A stretch of 64,000 nt of DNA, taken from positions 1,824,001 through 1,888,000 of the forward strand of contig OY970309.1 of NCBI GenBank assembly GCA_963716395.1, given 5' to 3'. Shown one piece after another: positions 26,619-36,992 of the stretch. Positions within the stretch are counted from its first letter, which is position 1, and each line of letters opens with the position of its first letter. This DNA is from an uncultured Fibrobacteria bacterium. GTDB taxonomy: Bacteria; Fibrobacterota; Fibrobacteria; UBA11236. Both the position numbers and the translations under genes were made by a program. The notes beneath the pieces were generated by a model. The model saw only the letters and a list, made by a program, of their open reading frames with translations, ran no database searches and had not been told where the DNA came from.

Positions 26619-28457
26619 TCATCCGAAGTATTCCACGGTGTTGGTTCCCCAGCGCCGGCCCGTTTCCAGGCCCGCCGTGGTTTCGGGTGCGGAATCGCCC
26701 GCGTTGCCGGCAGCGCTTCCGCTCGATCCCGAACGCTGGTTGAAGAATGACGCGGAGTTTTGTCCGTCAGGGTTGAGCAAAGACGGCTGGCGGTCTTGCA
26801 CCGAGACTTCAATGGCGTCCATATGTACGCCCTGCTGCTCCAACGATTGCCGCAGCGATTGCATTTGGGTGTGCAACAGTTCGCGCACATGTTCGTTTTC
26901 GACCCCCACATGCGCCGAGACAACGCCATGGTGCATTTCCAGCGAGACCTGTACGCGCCCGAGATTGGCGGGCTCGACTTGCACCGTCAACTCGTCGCGG
27001 CCCGAAGTCATGCTGGTGGCGCGCTGCAGCATTTGCTGCAACAGCGCGCTGGGAAGCTGGGGCAAGGTGACCGAGGTCGGCACGGGCGCCTCCGGCGTCA
27101 CAGAGAAGGGCATGTTGGCGGAGGAAAACGGGTTCGAGGCGGGATCGGATCCCGCGGCCATGGCCCATTGGGTTGGGTCGCCCGCGCCTGGATCCGCCGT
27201 GTCCTGGCCGTCGGGAGAGGAATTGCCGGTCGCGGGATCGGCGGCTTCTGCCGTGGCCACCGGGGCGTCTTGCATCCAGTCCGCCGTCAAGGATTTGGAG
27301 TCGGTCTCCGGGGTGGATTCGGGCGCGGCCAAGGGATTGCTGGGCGCGGCCGCATCGGCAGGCAGTGATTTATTCACCGCTTCCAGGGCGTTGACAAAGG
27401 GGTTGGTCGTTTTGCCGGCGTCGGTAGGCGACGTATTCGCCGGTGCCGAGATTGCGTTCGGTGCGGCGGGGGCCAACAAATCGCGTGACGTATTCATGGC
27501 CTGCGGCGCGGGCGCAGTGGATTTTCCGTTCCACCCATTCGCGGAGGGCGCTGGTTGCGTTGCCGGCGATGCCGCCGCTGCCGCCGCCTTGTCCGGCGCG
27601 ATGGGAAGTTTGGAAAGCGTCGCCGGATTCACATTGGCCGGCACGGTCGCCACCACCAGCGATTGCGTCGCGGCAGCCGCCGGGGCGGCCGGGGTGTTTG
27701 CCGACCCGGCGGTCTTGGATGCCGCCGCTGCCTCTTGCAGCAAGGTCATTTGCAGCTTCTGGATTTCCTGGGGCGTCAATGACGGCTGAGTCATCGTGGC
27801 GATGTTGGCCGTCGGCGGCGCCGAAGTTCCGGGCGACGTGAACGACGAGTGTGCGTTTTCCGAATCTTCGGCCCATTCCGGGATCGGGTCGGGCGCATTC
27901 GCACCGGCCAATGCCGCTTGCCATTGCGCGCCGTTTTCCAAAGAGATGGCCGGACTTCCCGGCGACGCCGAATGTTTCGAATCGGAGTTCGCCACCGGGT
28001 TGGATTTCTTGGCATTCTCCGCTTCTCGGGACGGATTCTTCACCGCCGCGTTGAATTTGGACTGCGGTCCGCGGGCTTGCGTCGAGACGGAAGGGTCCGT
28101 CGCCGGCTGCGTCTGGGTTTGGGTTTTTGATTGGGACTGTGTCTGTGCCGTCGGTTGCGCCGTGCTCGGTGTCGGCTGCGAGGCGTCCGCCTGGGCGGAA
28201 GGATTGGAGCTTGTCGCCGCGGGATCGGTGGTCGGCGCCGGGTTGTCTCGATCGTCCGAAGATGTGGCCGGTTTGGGTGTCGAGGAATCGGATGCTTGTT
28301 GGCGGGAACGCGCCTGATCCAACGAGCGATGAAATTCGGCGGTTTTTAAGGTGGTTTCGCGGTTGGCGACGATTTCGTTTTCCACCGCGGCAAAAAAGTG
28401 ATCGGCCGCGGCAGCGGCGGAGTCGGGGAGCGCAGGCGGGCGTATGGCGGTCGTCAT
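26619..28457 (-). CDS. fliK: flagellar hook-length control protein FliK
   Basis: Long Ala/Pro/Ser/Thr-rich region, then VEPANLGRVQV...LRQSLEQQG (Flg_hook domain); upstream of flgD. Confidence 0.9.
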   Translation of the reverse strand: MTTAIRPPALPDSAAAAADHFFAAVENEIVANRETTLKTAEFHRSLDQARSRQQASDSSTPKPATSSDDRDNPAPTTDPAATSSNPSAQADASQPTPSTAQPTAQTQSQSKTQTQTQPATDPSVSTQARGPQSKFNAAVKNPSREAENAKKSNPVANSDSKHSASPGSPAISLENGAQWQAALAGANAPDPIPEWAEDSENAHSSFTSPGTSAPPTANIATMTQPSLTPQEIQKLQMTLLQEAAAASKTAGSANTPAAPAAAATQSLVVATVPANVNPATLSKLPIAPDKAAAAAASPATQPAPSANGWNGKSTAPAPQAMNTSRDLLAPAAPNAISAPANTSPTDAGKTTNPFVNALEAVNKSLPADAAAPSNPLAAPESTPETDSKSLTADWMQDAPVATAEAADPATGNSSPDGQDTADPGAGDPTQWAMAAGSDPASNPFSSANMPFSVTPEAPVPTSVTLPQLPSALLQQMLQRATSMTSGRDELTVQVEPANLGRVQVSLEMHHGVVSAHVGVENEHVRELLHTQMQSLRQSLEQQGVHMDAIEVSVQDRQPSLLNPDGQNSASFFNQRSGSSGSAAGNAGDSAPETTAGLETGRRWGTNTVEYFG

Positions 28458-28463
28458 CTGGCT

Positions 28464-29144
28464 TCAGGCTTTGGTTTTTGGCGCGGAGGCCGGGTTTGGA
28501 TTCGGCGCCGCAGCCGGAATTTTATTCGCGGCGGGTTTGGCCGCGGTGGGCGCGGGTTGCGGCAGCGGGCTTTTGCCCATCAGTTCGGTGATATGCGCGG
28601 CGCGATGCACGTCGAGGGCACCCACGGCGGCCAGCAATTTCGAAGCGGCGTCGGCGTCGGTGATTTTCCTCAGAATTTTCACCACCAAAGGATCCTGCAA
28701 CGACAAGAGAATGGGCGCGGCTTCTTCGGGTCGCATCGATCCGTATACGTCGGCCAGCGATTGGATTTGCTTGTCCTGCAAGACGCCGTTTTGGGCCACC
28801 AGGGTTTCGATGCGCTGGCGCTCCGCCAGAATTTGATCTTTTTCCCGGCTGGTTTCCTGCTTCAGGTTTTCCAGGTGATCCAGTTCGCGTTGGACGGCCG
28901 CTTCCTGATCCGCCACCTCTTTGCTTTTGGCTTCCAAGGCCTTGTAGGTTTTGAGTTGCTCGGCTTCGGCCGAATCCTGCTTGGCCGTTTCGGCGGTGCG
29001 GAAGGCGTCGTGCAATTCCAGACGCTCCTTGGCGCTGCCCATTTCGAGATGCACCACGCCCGTGGCCAGCAACACGCCGAGCACCACCACGGGAAAGAGC
29101 GCCAGCGAGATGAACGAAACTCCGAGTAATTCTTTGAGCGACAT
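28464..29144 (-). CDS. MotE/FlbB/YlxF-like flagellar protein (TM, coiled coil, MgtE-N-like domain)
   Basis: N-terminal TM, coiled coil, LADVYGSMRPEEAAPIL..VVKIL..AASKLL; upstream of fliK. Confidence 0.8.
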   Translation of the reverse strand: MSLKELLGVSFISLALFPVVVLGVLLATGVVHLEMGSAKERLELHDAFRTAETAKQDSAEAEQLKTYKALEAKSKEVADQEAAVQRELDHLENLKQETSREKDQILAERQRIETLVAQNGVLQDKQIQSLADVYGSMRPEEAAPILLSLQDPLVVKILRKITDADAASKLLAAVGALDVHRAAHITELMGKSPLPQPAPTAAKPAANKIPAAAPNPNPASAPKTKA

Positions 29145-29169
29145 GCTATCCCCAAAGACGACCTCCAGC

Positions 29170-29184
29170 GCAACCTCTGTGCCA
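29170..29184 (-). promoter_or_regulatory. sigma54 (-24/-12) promoter of the hook operon
   Basis: Minus strand TGGCAC-AGAGG-TTGC is an exact match to TGGCAC-N5-TTGC, 26 nt upstream of the ATG at 29144. Confidence 0.8.
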
Positions 29185-29285
29185 AAGCGCACAGGGGAAT
29201 TCCCGTGAAAAATTTGACGAGGGTAACCTGTAAAATACGCCCGAAATTTCCGCAGCAGGCAAGAGTTGCCCGCTTCACGCAATGT

Positions 29286-30455
29286 TTAAAGGGCGATGTC
29301 GGATTTCAATTGATGCTTGTACAACATGAGGCCGGAAAGAATTTTGGGCGCAAAGAAGGTCGATTTCTCGGGCATGACGACCTGGGAATTTTTGAGACCG
29401 GCGTCGGCCACGTCCATGAGCTCGCGCAGCGATACGGGATGCAAGGCCACGGCCAAATCGTAGGTGCCGTTGTCGACCAGGCTTTGCATGCTGGCCAAAT
29501 CCCACTCCGGGTAATAATCGAAATGTTTTTTCTGCAGCATCATGGAGTGAGCGACGCCCAGATGCGGATACAATTCGCGCTCGAGAATCGAGCAGTCGAG
29601 CCGGCCCACCACGTCCTCGGGAATGTGTTTCGCCCGCAGCGTAAAGCACCCCGCGCGACTGTAAAGACAGAACGCATGCGCCCCCGGGGTTGCGAAAGCC
29701 GGCGCGGGGATCAGTTCGAGTTCGCCCTTTGCCTGCGCAAACGGAACGGCCCCGCGGATGACCCGGTTGTAGGCGAGAATGCGGGCTTCTCCGACGATGT
29801 AGGCCATGGCATGGGTTTGCCCGCCGAGCAGGGCGGCGTGATACCGATGATGCCCGTCGGCGATATAGAGGCGTTGTGCGCCCACGGCTTGCCGCAAGGC
29901 CCGCCCTTCGGCCGAAGTCTCGGGCACGCGGAAGACGCGCGTGTGAATGCCGTGCAAGTCGTTGTAGCCTCCGAAGTCGCTGGTGAAATCGTACAGCGGT
30001 TTTTCACGGCTGCGCACGGCTTCCAGGGTCGGACCGATGGACGCGGGCGTCAATAGAAAAATCGGCTCCAGGGTATAACCGGTGGCGGCCGTGACGGCGA
30101 GGCGACCTTTCACTTTTTCGTCAAAGGTTTTTTCGTGGCGAATGACCTTGCCTTCGGTGTAAGGCGCGACTTCGACCGCAGCGAAAAACCCGAGACGCTT
30201 TCCGCCGCTCCAAACCTGTTCATACACGTACACACAGGGTTCAGGGTCGGATATAAGGTCTCCTTGCCTTTGCAGGCTCGCCAGCGCCTCGGTAGGGTTT
30301 GGGCCCAGGGTCACGTGGTAAAACGAGCCGGGCCGGCTTTGCAGCAGCTTTTCCAGCGGAGAGCCTTCTTTGATCACATCGTAAGGCGGTGTGGCCAATT
30401 GTTCCGCAACCGCAGTGGTGGGTCGCAAGCCGTGCAACCCGCGAATGTCCGTCAT
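29286..30455 (-). CDS. DUF1015-family protein
   Basis: PPYDVI, VIRHEKT, YIADGHHRY, MPEKSTFFAPKILSGL. Confidence 0.88.
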   Translation of the reverse strand: MTDIRGLHGLRPTTAVAEQLATPPYDVIKEGSPLEKLLQSRPGSFYHVTLGPNPTEALASLQRQGDLISDPEPCVYVYEQVWSGGKRLGFFAAVEVAPYTEGKVIRHEKTFDEKVKGRLAVTAATGYTLEPIFLLTPASIGPTLEAVRSREKPLYDFTSDFGGYNDLHGIHTRVFRVPETSAEGRALRQAVGAQRLYIADGHHRYHAALLGGQTHAMAYIVGEARILAYNRVIRGAVPFAQAKGELELIPAPAFATPGAHAFCLYSRAGCFTLRAKHIPEDVVGRLDCSILERELYPHLGVAHSMMLQKKHFDYYPEWDLASMQSLVDNGTYDLAVALHPVSLRELMDVADAGLKNSQVVMPEKSTFFAPKILSGLMLYKHQLKSDIAL

Positions 30456-30530
30456 GCTGAATCCTTCGTGAAAACAGAAATATTAAAAGCACGGAGCCCA
30501 ACCGCGCAGGGTGGGGTATAATCAAAGTGG

Positions 30531-30833
30531 ATGGAACTGCTGAAACTGGGCGCCGGACTTTTGGCCGTTGCCGTCTATGCGTACGGGTTGTTCCACTGGA
30601 TCTACCGGGGCCGACTGTGGCCGGCCTTAGTCGTGATTTTGGCGCTTTATCCGCTATTGCTCCGTCTGACCTTGGGCACACCCTGGCTGTTTCTTCGCGC
30701 CGCACCGCTCCTCGGGGTGGGCATGTTTTTCCATCGCTACCGCGGGCGAACCTTGCATCAGATTCGGTTGCTCTGGTTTACGACCTTATGCGTGATCGTG
30801 GTGCAGGTTTATTATCTCGTCCTGCGCATTTAA
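30531..30833 (+). CDS. small hypothetical membrane protein
   Basis: 100 aa with 3-4 hydrophobic helices; TATAAT at 30517-30522. Confidence 0.6.
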   Translation: MELLKLGAGLLAVAVYAYGLFHWIYRGRLWPALVVILALYPLLLRLTLGTPWLFLRAAPLLGVGMFFHRYRGRTLHQIRLLWFTTLCVIVVQVYYLVLRI

Positions 30834-31003
30834 CCCATTTCCAAGCGCACCAGTTAAAAGCCATTTGTACGGATGCAGGCGGCTAATGATTTGCTCCAAT
30901 CAACGCCGGTACCGACACATTCATATGCATTCCGATCAATGTGAACCCGCTGGGTCTGCCTATGACCATCGGGACTCTTTCGATTAAATTAGAAGCCCTT
31001 CAC

Positions 31004-31076
31004 GCCACTTTAGCTCAGTTGGTAGAGCAACGCTTTCGTAAAGCGTGGGTCCTCGGTTCGAGTCCGGGAAGTGGCT
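31004..31076 (+). tRNA. tRNA-Thr (anticodon CGT)
   Basis: Acceptor stem GCCACTT/AAGTGGC, D arm AGCTCAGTTGGTAGAGC, anticodon arm ACGCT-TTCGTAA-AGCGT, T loop GGTTCGAGTCC. CCA is not encoded. Confidence 0.96.
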
Positions 31077-31143
31077 GAATGACCGCATGTTTTTCTCGTA
31101 TCGCATCGATTCGCGCAACCCGGATTTATATATTCGGTTCCTT

Positions 31144-32433
31144 ATGAAAAAAATTTTACTCCAATGCGCTCCGATATTGGTTTTGGCTTCGCTTGCATGC
31201 GGGGCGGGAAATTCGAGCAGTTCTTCGTTTTTCGATCTGGAAAATTCAAATCCCTCTTCCAATGGATATGAAAGCGGGGGGGGGAGTGGAATTCAAACCG
31301 GGATTCAAAACGAATCCGGAATGGCGGACTTTCCTATCCGTAATCCTGGCGAAAATAATATGTCCATGCGTAACAACCCGCAAAACGAGGCTACGAGCTA
31401 TGTGGGGGATTTCCCCTTAGACGACACCTTGTACCGCATCGGCCCCGGCGACGTGTTTCAAATCTTCACCGAAGGAATGACTTCGGATAAACCCGTTGAT
31501 CCCGAAGGCAACCTCATTTTGAACCGCATCGGCGTGCTGCATCTCAACGGGCTTACATTGAAAGATGCCGAGAAGTTGATTCTGCAAAAACTCCGGACCA
31601 GTTTCAAACCGTCGGAGTGCTTCGTCAGCCTGGCCCGCCCCAAAATCATGCGCGTTTTTATCACCGGTGCCGTGCAGGAACCGGGCTCGTACAAAGTTCC
31701 GGGAAACATGCGCTTAACGAATCTGATCGAAGCCGCCGAAAGTTTTGCCTCCATGGCACAAATGGGCTATATCTACATTACGGCGGCGGACGGAACAATC
31801 GACTCGGTGGATATCGGCAAATTTTATATGCAGGGCGATTTGAATTCCAATCCCTACCTGACGCAAGGCTGCGTAGTCGAGGTCCCGTATGTCGATTATT
31901 CAAAACCATGGGTGACGATACGATGCGACACTTCGTCCGTCCCCACACAGTTGGAGCCCGATGAGAACATCCGGCATCTTCTTATGCGGAACTATGTATA
32001 CAGAAATCCGCCGCCCTACACGGCGGTGATCGTCACCCACGAAGACGGCAAACAAACCATAGTGCCGCCTCAAGCGGCAGACACCTACAAACCCGCTGCC
32101 GGGGATGTTTTGGACGTGATACTCCATCAGCAAAAAGTTTTTATAGCCGGCGCCGTGGAAAAACCCGGTTATGAGCTTTACTACTCCAACCGGAAATTAA
32201 TCGACTATTTGGGAGAGGCGGGGCTGACGTCAAAGAGCAGTTTAAGCAGCACCATGGATGTAATTCATGCGAACGGTGAGGGCGAATCGGTTTCGCTGCG
32301 CGATGGTACGTTGAAGCCGGGAGATGTGGTGTATGTGAATGAAAGTTTGCAGCAGAAATTCCTGATTTATACGCCGGTGCTGCTGAGCGCGGTGAGCTTG
32401 ACGTTGGCGTTGATTAGCGTGCTTCGGCTTTGA
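31144..32433 (+). CDS. polysaccharide export protein, Wza/SLBB-repeat family
   Basis: Lipoprotein-like signal (LASLAC), YRIGPGDVF poly_export motif, VFITGAVQEPGSY and VFIAGAVEKPG SLBB repeats, LKPGDVVYV. Confidence 0.85.
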   Translation: MKKILLQCAPILVLASLACGAGNSSSSSFFDLENSNPSSNGYESGGGSGIQTGIQNESGMADFPIRNPGENNMSMRNNPQNEATSYVGDFPLDDTLYRIGPGDVFQIFTEGMTSDKPVDPEGNLILNRIGVLHLNGLTLKDAEKLILQKLRTSFKPSECFVSLARPKIMRVFITGAVQEPGSYKVPGNMRLTNLIEAAESFASMAQMGYIYITAADGTIDSVDIGKFYMQGDLNSNPYLTQGCVVEVPYVDYSKPWVTIRCDTSSVPTQLEPDENIRHLLMRNYVYRNPPPYTAVIVTHEDGKQTIVPPQAADTYKPAAGDVLDVILHQQKVFIAGAVEKPGYELYYSNRKLIDYLGEAGLTSKSSLSSTMDVIHANGEGESVSLRDGTLKPGDVVYVNESLQQKFLIYTPVLLSAVSLTLALISVLRL

Positions 32434-32466
32434 TTTGATCGCGAAAAGTAAAGGTTGCGAGCAGTA

Positions 32467-33666
32467 CTAGAATTTGAAAAGATTCCGTTTGATCTCCGCC
32501 ACCAAGTTCCGGGTTTCCGGGTTTTCTTTTTGATGTCTTTCCCAGACATCAAGCACTACTGCCAGCACACCGGCAAAGATAAAGGAGAGAATAAATACGG
32601 CTTCTACCCAAACGCGCCGCGCGGGCGAAACCCGTTTGTCGTTTATCCAAGGTGGATCCAATATCGAAATGACTTGAACGTTTTTATTGGCTTCGAGTTT
32701 TAAAAACTCTACTTGCTGCACTAAAAATTTATAAACAGCAAGTTTAATTTCATAAGCTCTTTCTAAGCGAAAATATTGAGTTGCCAAAGTCGGGAGGGTA
32801 CGCGCGGGCAAAAAAAGTTCGTTGGAATCGCTGGGGTTTCGCAATTGACCACGAAGGGTGTGTTGCAGCAACTCCTTCTGAACCGACAAATCTTTATAAC
32901 GGGCGCTGGAAGTACCACGTAACGCAGCTTCCAAAGATATCTCTTCTTGCAAAGTTTCAATTTCAATTTCAGTTTGTGTAGCATTCTCGAGTATTAGCTT
33001 GACCTGTGATTCGGGAACAATTAAATTGTGAGCGATCTGAAACTTAACCATAGAATCTTCCATAGTTTTCATATCAGATTCGGCCAAATGTAAACGATCA
33101 TCAATATAATTTAGCTTGCGTTGATTCGCCGTTCTTTGGATATTTGTATAAAGGCTGTCAAGCGTATAGACCATGTAGGCAACCATTTCTTTGGCCCGTT
33201 CGGGAGATTTATCCTCCATGGCAATATTGATTTCATCCTCGTCGGTTAACTCGAATTTTGCGTTGTGGGTGAACCTTTTAATGACGTCGGCTAAGTAAAA
33301 TCTCTTTTTGTGACGAAATTTATAGAGGGTTTCCAAATCAAAACGGTCAATGATCAGTTTAGCAAAGCGAGCCGATTTGAGAATGCTCATGCAATCATCT
33401 TCGCCGGTTTCCGATCCGCCGAGAAAAGATCCGAGAAGTCCGCCTCCGATTCCACTGGACCCCTTTAAGGCCGCCTCTATAGACGAAGAATTGTCGCTTG
33501 TTGGGGGTTTAATTAAAGACGCGGCTTTATAAGTGCTGTCCATAAGAAAAACGACAAAGATGCAGACAACAGTTGGGACTAAAGCGACAAAAAAAATAAA
33601 TTTTTTCCTAAGAACCAAAACGTGGAGGAATCGAAGAAGAATATCAAAGCCACTTATGTTGGGCAT
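32467..33666 (-). CDS. polysaccharide co-polymerase / chain-length determinant (Wzz/GumC-like, no kinase domain)
   Basis: N- and C-terminal TM helices, coiled-coil periplasmic part, ISILDPP..KRVSPAR motif. Confidence 0.85.
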   Translation of the reverse strand: MPNISGFDILLRFLHVLVLRKKFIFFVALVPTVVCIFVVFLMDSTYKAASLIKPPTSDNSSSIEAALKGSSGIGGGLLGSFLGGSETGEDDCMSILKSARFAKLIIDRFDLETLYKFRHKKRFYLADVIKRFTHNAKFELTDEDEINIAMEDKSPERAKEMVAYMVYTLDSLYTNIQRTANQRKLNYIDDRLHLAESDMKTMEDSMVKFQIAHNLIVPESQVKLILENATQTEIEIETLQEEISLEAALRGTSSARYKDLSVQKELLQHTLRGQLRNPSDSNELFLPARTLPTLATQYFRLERAYEIKLAVYKFLVQQVEFLKLEANKNVQVISILDPPWINDKRVSPARRVWVEAVFILSFIFAGVLAVVLDVWERHQKENPETRNLVAEIKRNLFKF

Positions 33667-33845
33667 AGCAGTATTTACTCCCTTTAAAATTTCCAACAGG
33701 AGATAGCAATATATTTATTTAGGTCGACAAAATCCATCTTTTGGGAAGAAATAGAATAAGTTTATCAATCGTTTCATAAAAATAAATCTTTGATTTGCTG
33801 ATCGAAAATTGGCCAAAGAATAGGTATAAGCGCTTTGCAAATGTT

Positions 33846-35159
33846 TCAGGTTTTTAAGGCGAATGATTGGCTTTTGGGCAAAATGCTTTGGCAGAAGTAA
33901 CAGCATATACACAAATAAATGAGTCCGTAAAAATATGCTGGTGTTTCAAAAATGGAACCAAAATAGCTATTAGCCATCCAATAAGCTAGACACGAATAAG
34001 CCGTCAGGTTTAAAAAAGTAATTCGAGCTCGCATTCTGAGATATAAAATGTTGATAAATAATCCAATTAAAAAAGGACCCACAAAAACACCGGCGATACC
34101 AAAATCTTTATACCAAGACCATTGATATCCAATAGTGTTCCACCCCCTAATTTTTGATGCTTGGGCATTGAATTGATCGTCGACACCGGTATTTTCAATA
34201 AGTTGATATCCTAAAACCCCTCCTGGTAAATATAAGCCATCTAATATGCCTTGTAGTATTGTGTATCCATATGTGGTTGGGTGTCTTTCTTGAAAGTTAT
34301 CGGGATTTAAAGCAAAGTCGAGATTCCAAAAATTGTTTGCTATGTACATATACGGCACTTTAAGTACAATGCTCGCGGTTTTCGAATATTTATTGCCCAA
34401 GGCATTTTTGATTGAGCTTGTTTTAAAAAAACCGGTTATTAAAACCGCACTCCCACAAAGCATGAATATACAAAACAAGTTCAGAACCGAAACCCTTCGA
34501 ATGCCGTAGTTATAAAAAACGATAAAGAAAACAATGAAAAACATAAGGGCGGAACGTTGTAATGCCAAACTAAAAATTATCAAGGTTATTGTTGTCATCC
34601 AAAGCCCAACATTAAAATAAAATGAATGTCGGGACGGACGAAAAATGTATATTGAAAAGAGGGCCATTACAATTCCGCCGTAGGTATAGGCGTACAACAA
34701 AATCCAACGTTGATGTAAAAAGATGCGAAGGGTTTGGATTTTATCCTTTGCCAAAAGAGGGGCTCCAGTATGCAGATATAGGCTTAACGTTCCCCAAATG
34801 AAAAAAGTGAATAGAGCCAGTGAAAAAATAAAATGCATTCCCCAATTATATTGATGCAAATTTAGAAAATGTGATTTGGAATCATTTGGATTATTCGCCT
34901 GGGAACGGAGAGCCAGTAATTTTGAGACGAATAATCCCAATAAGAAACAAATGGCACTACCAAAATAAACCAAGGATGTTAAAAGTTTGAAGGGCGTCAT
35001 AGCTGGATTGAAACGCAAAAAAGCGATTCCTAAAGCAAAAGAATGGAAAAAGAAATAAATACGGCCTGGAGAAAAAAAATCGGACTTTCGAATTACTGCC
35101 TCTAGGATTAAAAAGAGGGCAACCGAAAAGGCGGATATACTGACTACACGCATTAACAT
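33846..35159 (-). CDS. wzy: O-antigen / repeat-unit polymerase Wzy
   Basis: About 11 TM helices, AT-rich; late loop WNTIGYQWSWYKDFGIAG matches the polymerase pattern; sits in a Wzx/Wzz context. Confidence 0.75.
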   Translation of the reverse strand: MLMRVVSISAFSVALFLILEAVIRKSDFFSPGRIYFFFHSFALGIAFLRFNPAMTPFKLLTSLVYFGSAICFLLGLFVSKLLALRSQANNPNDSKSHFLNLHQYNWGMHFIFSLALFTFFIWGTLSLYLHTGAPLLAKDKIQTLRIFLHQRWILLYAYTYGGIVMALFSIYIFRPSRHSFYFNVGLWMTTITLIIFSLALQRSALMFFIVFFIVFYNYGIRRVSVLNLFCIFMLCGSAVLITGFFKTSSIKNALGNKYSKTASIVLKVPYMYIANNFWNLDFALNPDNFQERHPTTYGYTILQGILDGLYLPGGVLGYQLIENTGVDDQFNAQASKIRGWNTIGYQWSWYKDFGIAGVFVGPFLIGLFINILYLRMRARITFLNLTAYSCLAYWMANSYFGSIFETPAYFYGLIYLCICCYFCQSILPKSQSFALKT

Positions 35160-35884
35160 TTTTTAATTTATAAAAAAACAGCCGAGCTTTTTAGGAGGTG
35201 CCTATTTTTCCAAAATTTAAAAATCTATGCTTGACATTCAAGGTCCAAATTTCTTCGGCAAAGTCCAAGTGTCGCCTTGGTTAAGGTGGAGCGCAAGGCG
35301 GGGGTATTGGTTAAAACTTGGAGGTTAGGGCTGTCAAAACTTTTAAGTGCGGGTCTGCGACTATATTGAAATTGGAAGAAAATATTATTATGTCGTTTGT
35401 TTCAATAGTAATTGTTACCTGGAATTCCGAGAATGAGCTGAAGAATTGTATTTCATCGCTATTCCTTCATGTTTCACCCGATGACATTGAGGTAATTATA
35501 GTCGACAACGGCTCAAAGGATTCGCGCTATCTTAACGCTTATCGCAACGCAAAAAGTATGGTGGTTATCGAAAATGACGAGAATCTTGGTTTTTCAAAAG
35601 CGGTAAATATTGGTTTTTCTTCGGCCAAAGGAGAATATGTAGTAGTATTAAATCCCGACATTATTTTTCTATCAAACCCGTTCCCAAGCTTGATTTCTAA
35701 AATGGTGCAGGATACAAAAATCGGCGTTATAGGGCCGCTTTTACAAAATATCGACGGTAATGTTCCGATTAAAGCCTATTATCCAACTTTGCCAAGTCTA
35801 CGGCAGTATTTATTGCGTTATACAGGTTTAGCGCACTTTAAATTATTTCAACTATTGGAATTTCATTTATTTCAGGTAATAATA

Positions 35885-36992
35885 CTAATCATTTCAATGA
35901 TATGTCAACACGGATTTTGCGAATTAAGTTAGTTTAAGGGGATGAGACAAAACGATGCGCGCAGAATGGATCGAGAAGCTCTGGCCCAACTTCGTATCCG
36001 GGCGGTCAGCCAAATTCGAAAGGGAACCAGCCCCGAGGTCATTGCCAAAACCCTTGGCGTCAATCGAACAACCGTTTATGGTTGGCTTTCACGCTTTGCT
36101 GATGGGGGCTACGCCAATCTCAAACGCAAGAAAGCTCCTGGGCGTGTTCCGATTCTGGATGGGCATCAAATGCGAATTTTGTATTACACGATAGTTGACA
36201 AGACCCCGGAGCAGATGAAAATGCCGTTTGCCCTTTGGAGTTGCGCCTTAATTCAAGAATTTATTCGCAGGCGGTTTGGAATCAATCTTTCCAAGATTAC
36301 GGTAAGTCGGGTGCTGGCGAAGATAGGCCTTAGCTTTCAACGCCCCTTGCAAAGAGCCTACGAGCAGAACACAACGCTTGTGAAAAGCTGGCTTAAGGAA
36401 GAGTTTCCAAAGATTCAAAAGCTTGCTAAACGTGAAAAAGCTGAGGTTTTCTTTGAAGATGAGTCGGGAGTCCGCTCGGACGCACAGGTAGGGAAAACGT
36501 GGGGACGGGTGGGTAAAACCCCGGTTATCAAAGCCACGGGCAAACGATTCGGCCTGAATCTTGTGTCCGCCATAAGTCCCAGGGGCGAATTTCGATTCAT
36601 GATGACCAAGGGAACCTTTGGAGCAAAGGAGTTCGTTGAATTCATGAAGAGACTGCTCTCCACTTGCAAGAGAAAAGTGTTTCTGATTGCGGATGGACAT
36701 CCGGCGCACAAATCCAAACTCGTGCGTGAATTTCTGGATAAAACAGGGGGCCGGCTTCGCTTGTTTTTTCTCCCGCCTTATTCCCCCGAACTCAATCCAG
36801 ACGAACTCGTGTGGAATGCGCTGAAGGGAGAAATGGGGCGGAAGTCGTTTTGGGGGCAAAGAGATATGGAAATCAAAGTGCTTGGATTCATGCGAAGGTT
36901 GCAGCATTCCCCGGATAAAGTTCGCTCCTTCTTCAGGGAAAAACATGTTCAATATATTATTAACTATGTCTAAATATCAATGAAATGGTTAG
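35885..36992 (+). mobile_element. IS630-family insertion sequence (1108 bp)
   Basis: Inverted repeats CTAATCATTTCAATGATAT / ATATCAATGAAATGGTTAG (17/19 match); TA target duplication at 35883-35884 and 36993-36994. Confidence 0.92.
35942..36973 (+). CDS. IS630-family transposase
   Basis: N-terminal HTH (IAKTLGVNRTTVYGW); DDE triad in FFEDES, IADGHPAH and LPPYSPELNPDELVW; single uninterrupted 343-aa ORF. Confidence 0.95.
   Translation: MRQNDARRMDREALAQLRIRAVSQIRKGTSPEVIAKTLGVNRTTVYGWLSRFADGGYANLKRKKAPGRVPILDGHQMRILYYTIVDKTPEQMKMPFALWSCALIQEFIRRRFGINLSKITVSRVLAKIGLSFQRPLQRAYEQNTTLVKSWLKEEFPKIQKLAKREKAEVFFEDESGVRSDAQVGKTWGRVGKTPVIKATGKRFGLNLVSAISPRGEFRFMMTKGTFGAKEFVEFMKRLLSTCKRKVFLIADGHPAHKSKLVREFLDKTGGRLRLFFLPPYSPELNPDELVWNALKGEMGRKSFWGQRDMEIKVLGFMRRLQHSPDKVRSFFREKHVQYIINYV

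Noticed and set aside
26619-28457. Low-complexity repeats in the 612-aa ORF as a novel repeat protein
   Set aside because: Explained by the disordered ruler region of FliK.
35290-35315. ops/JUMPstart-like element before the GT2 gene
   Set aside because: ggcgggggtatt does not match GGCGGTAG, and the locus is not a long co-directional operon.
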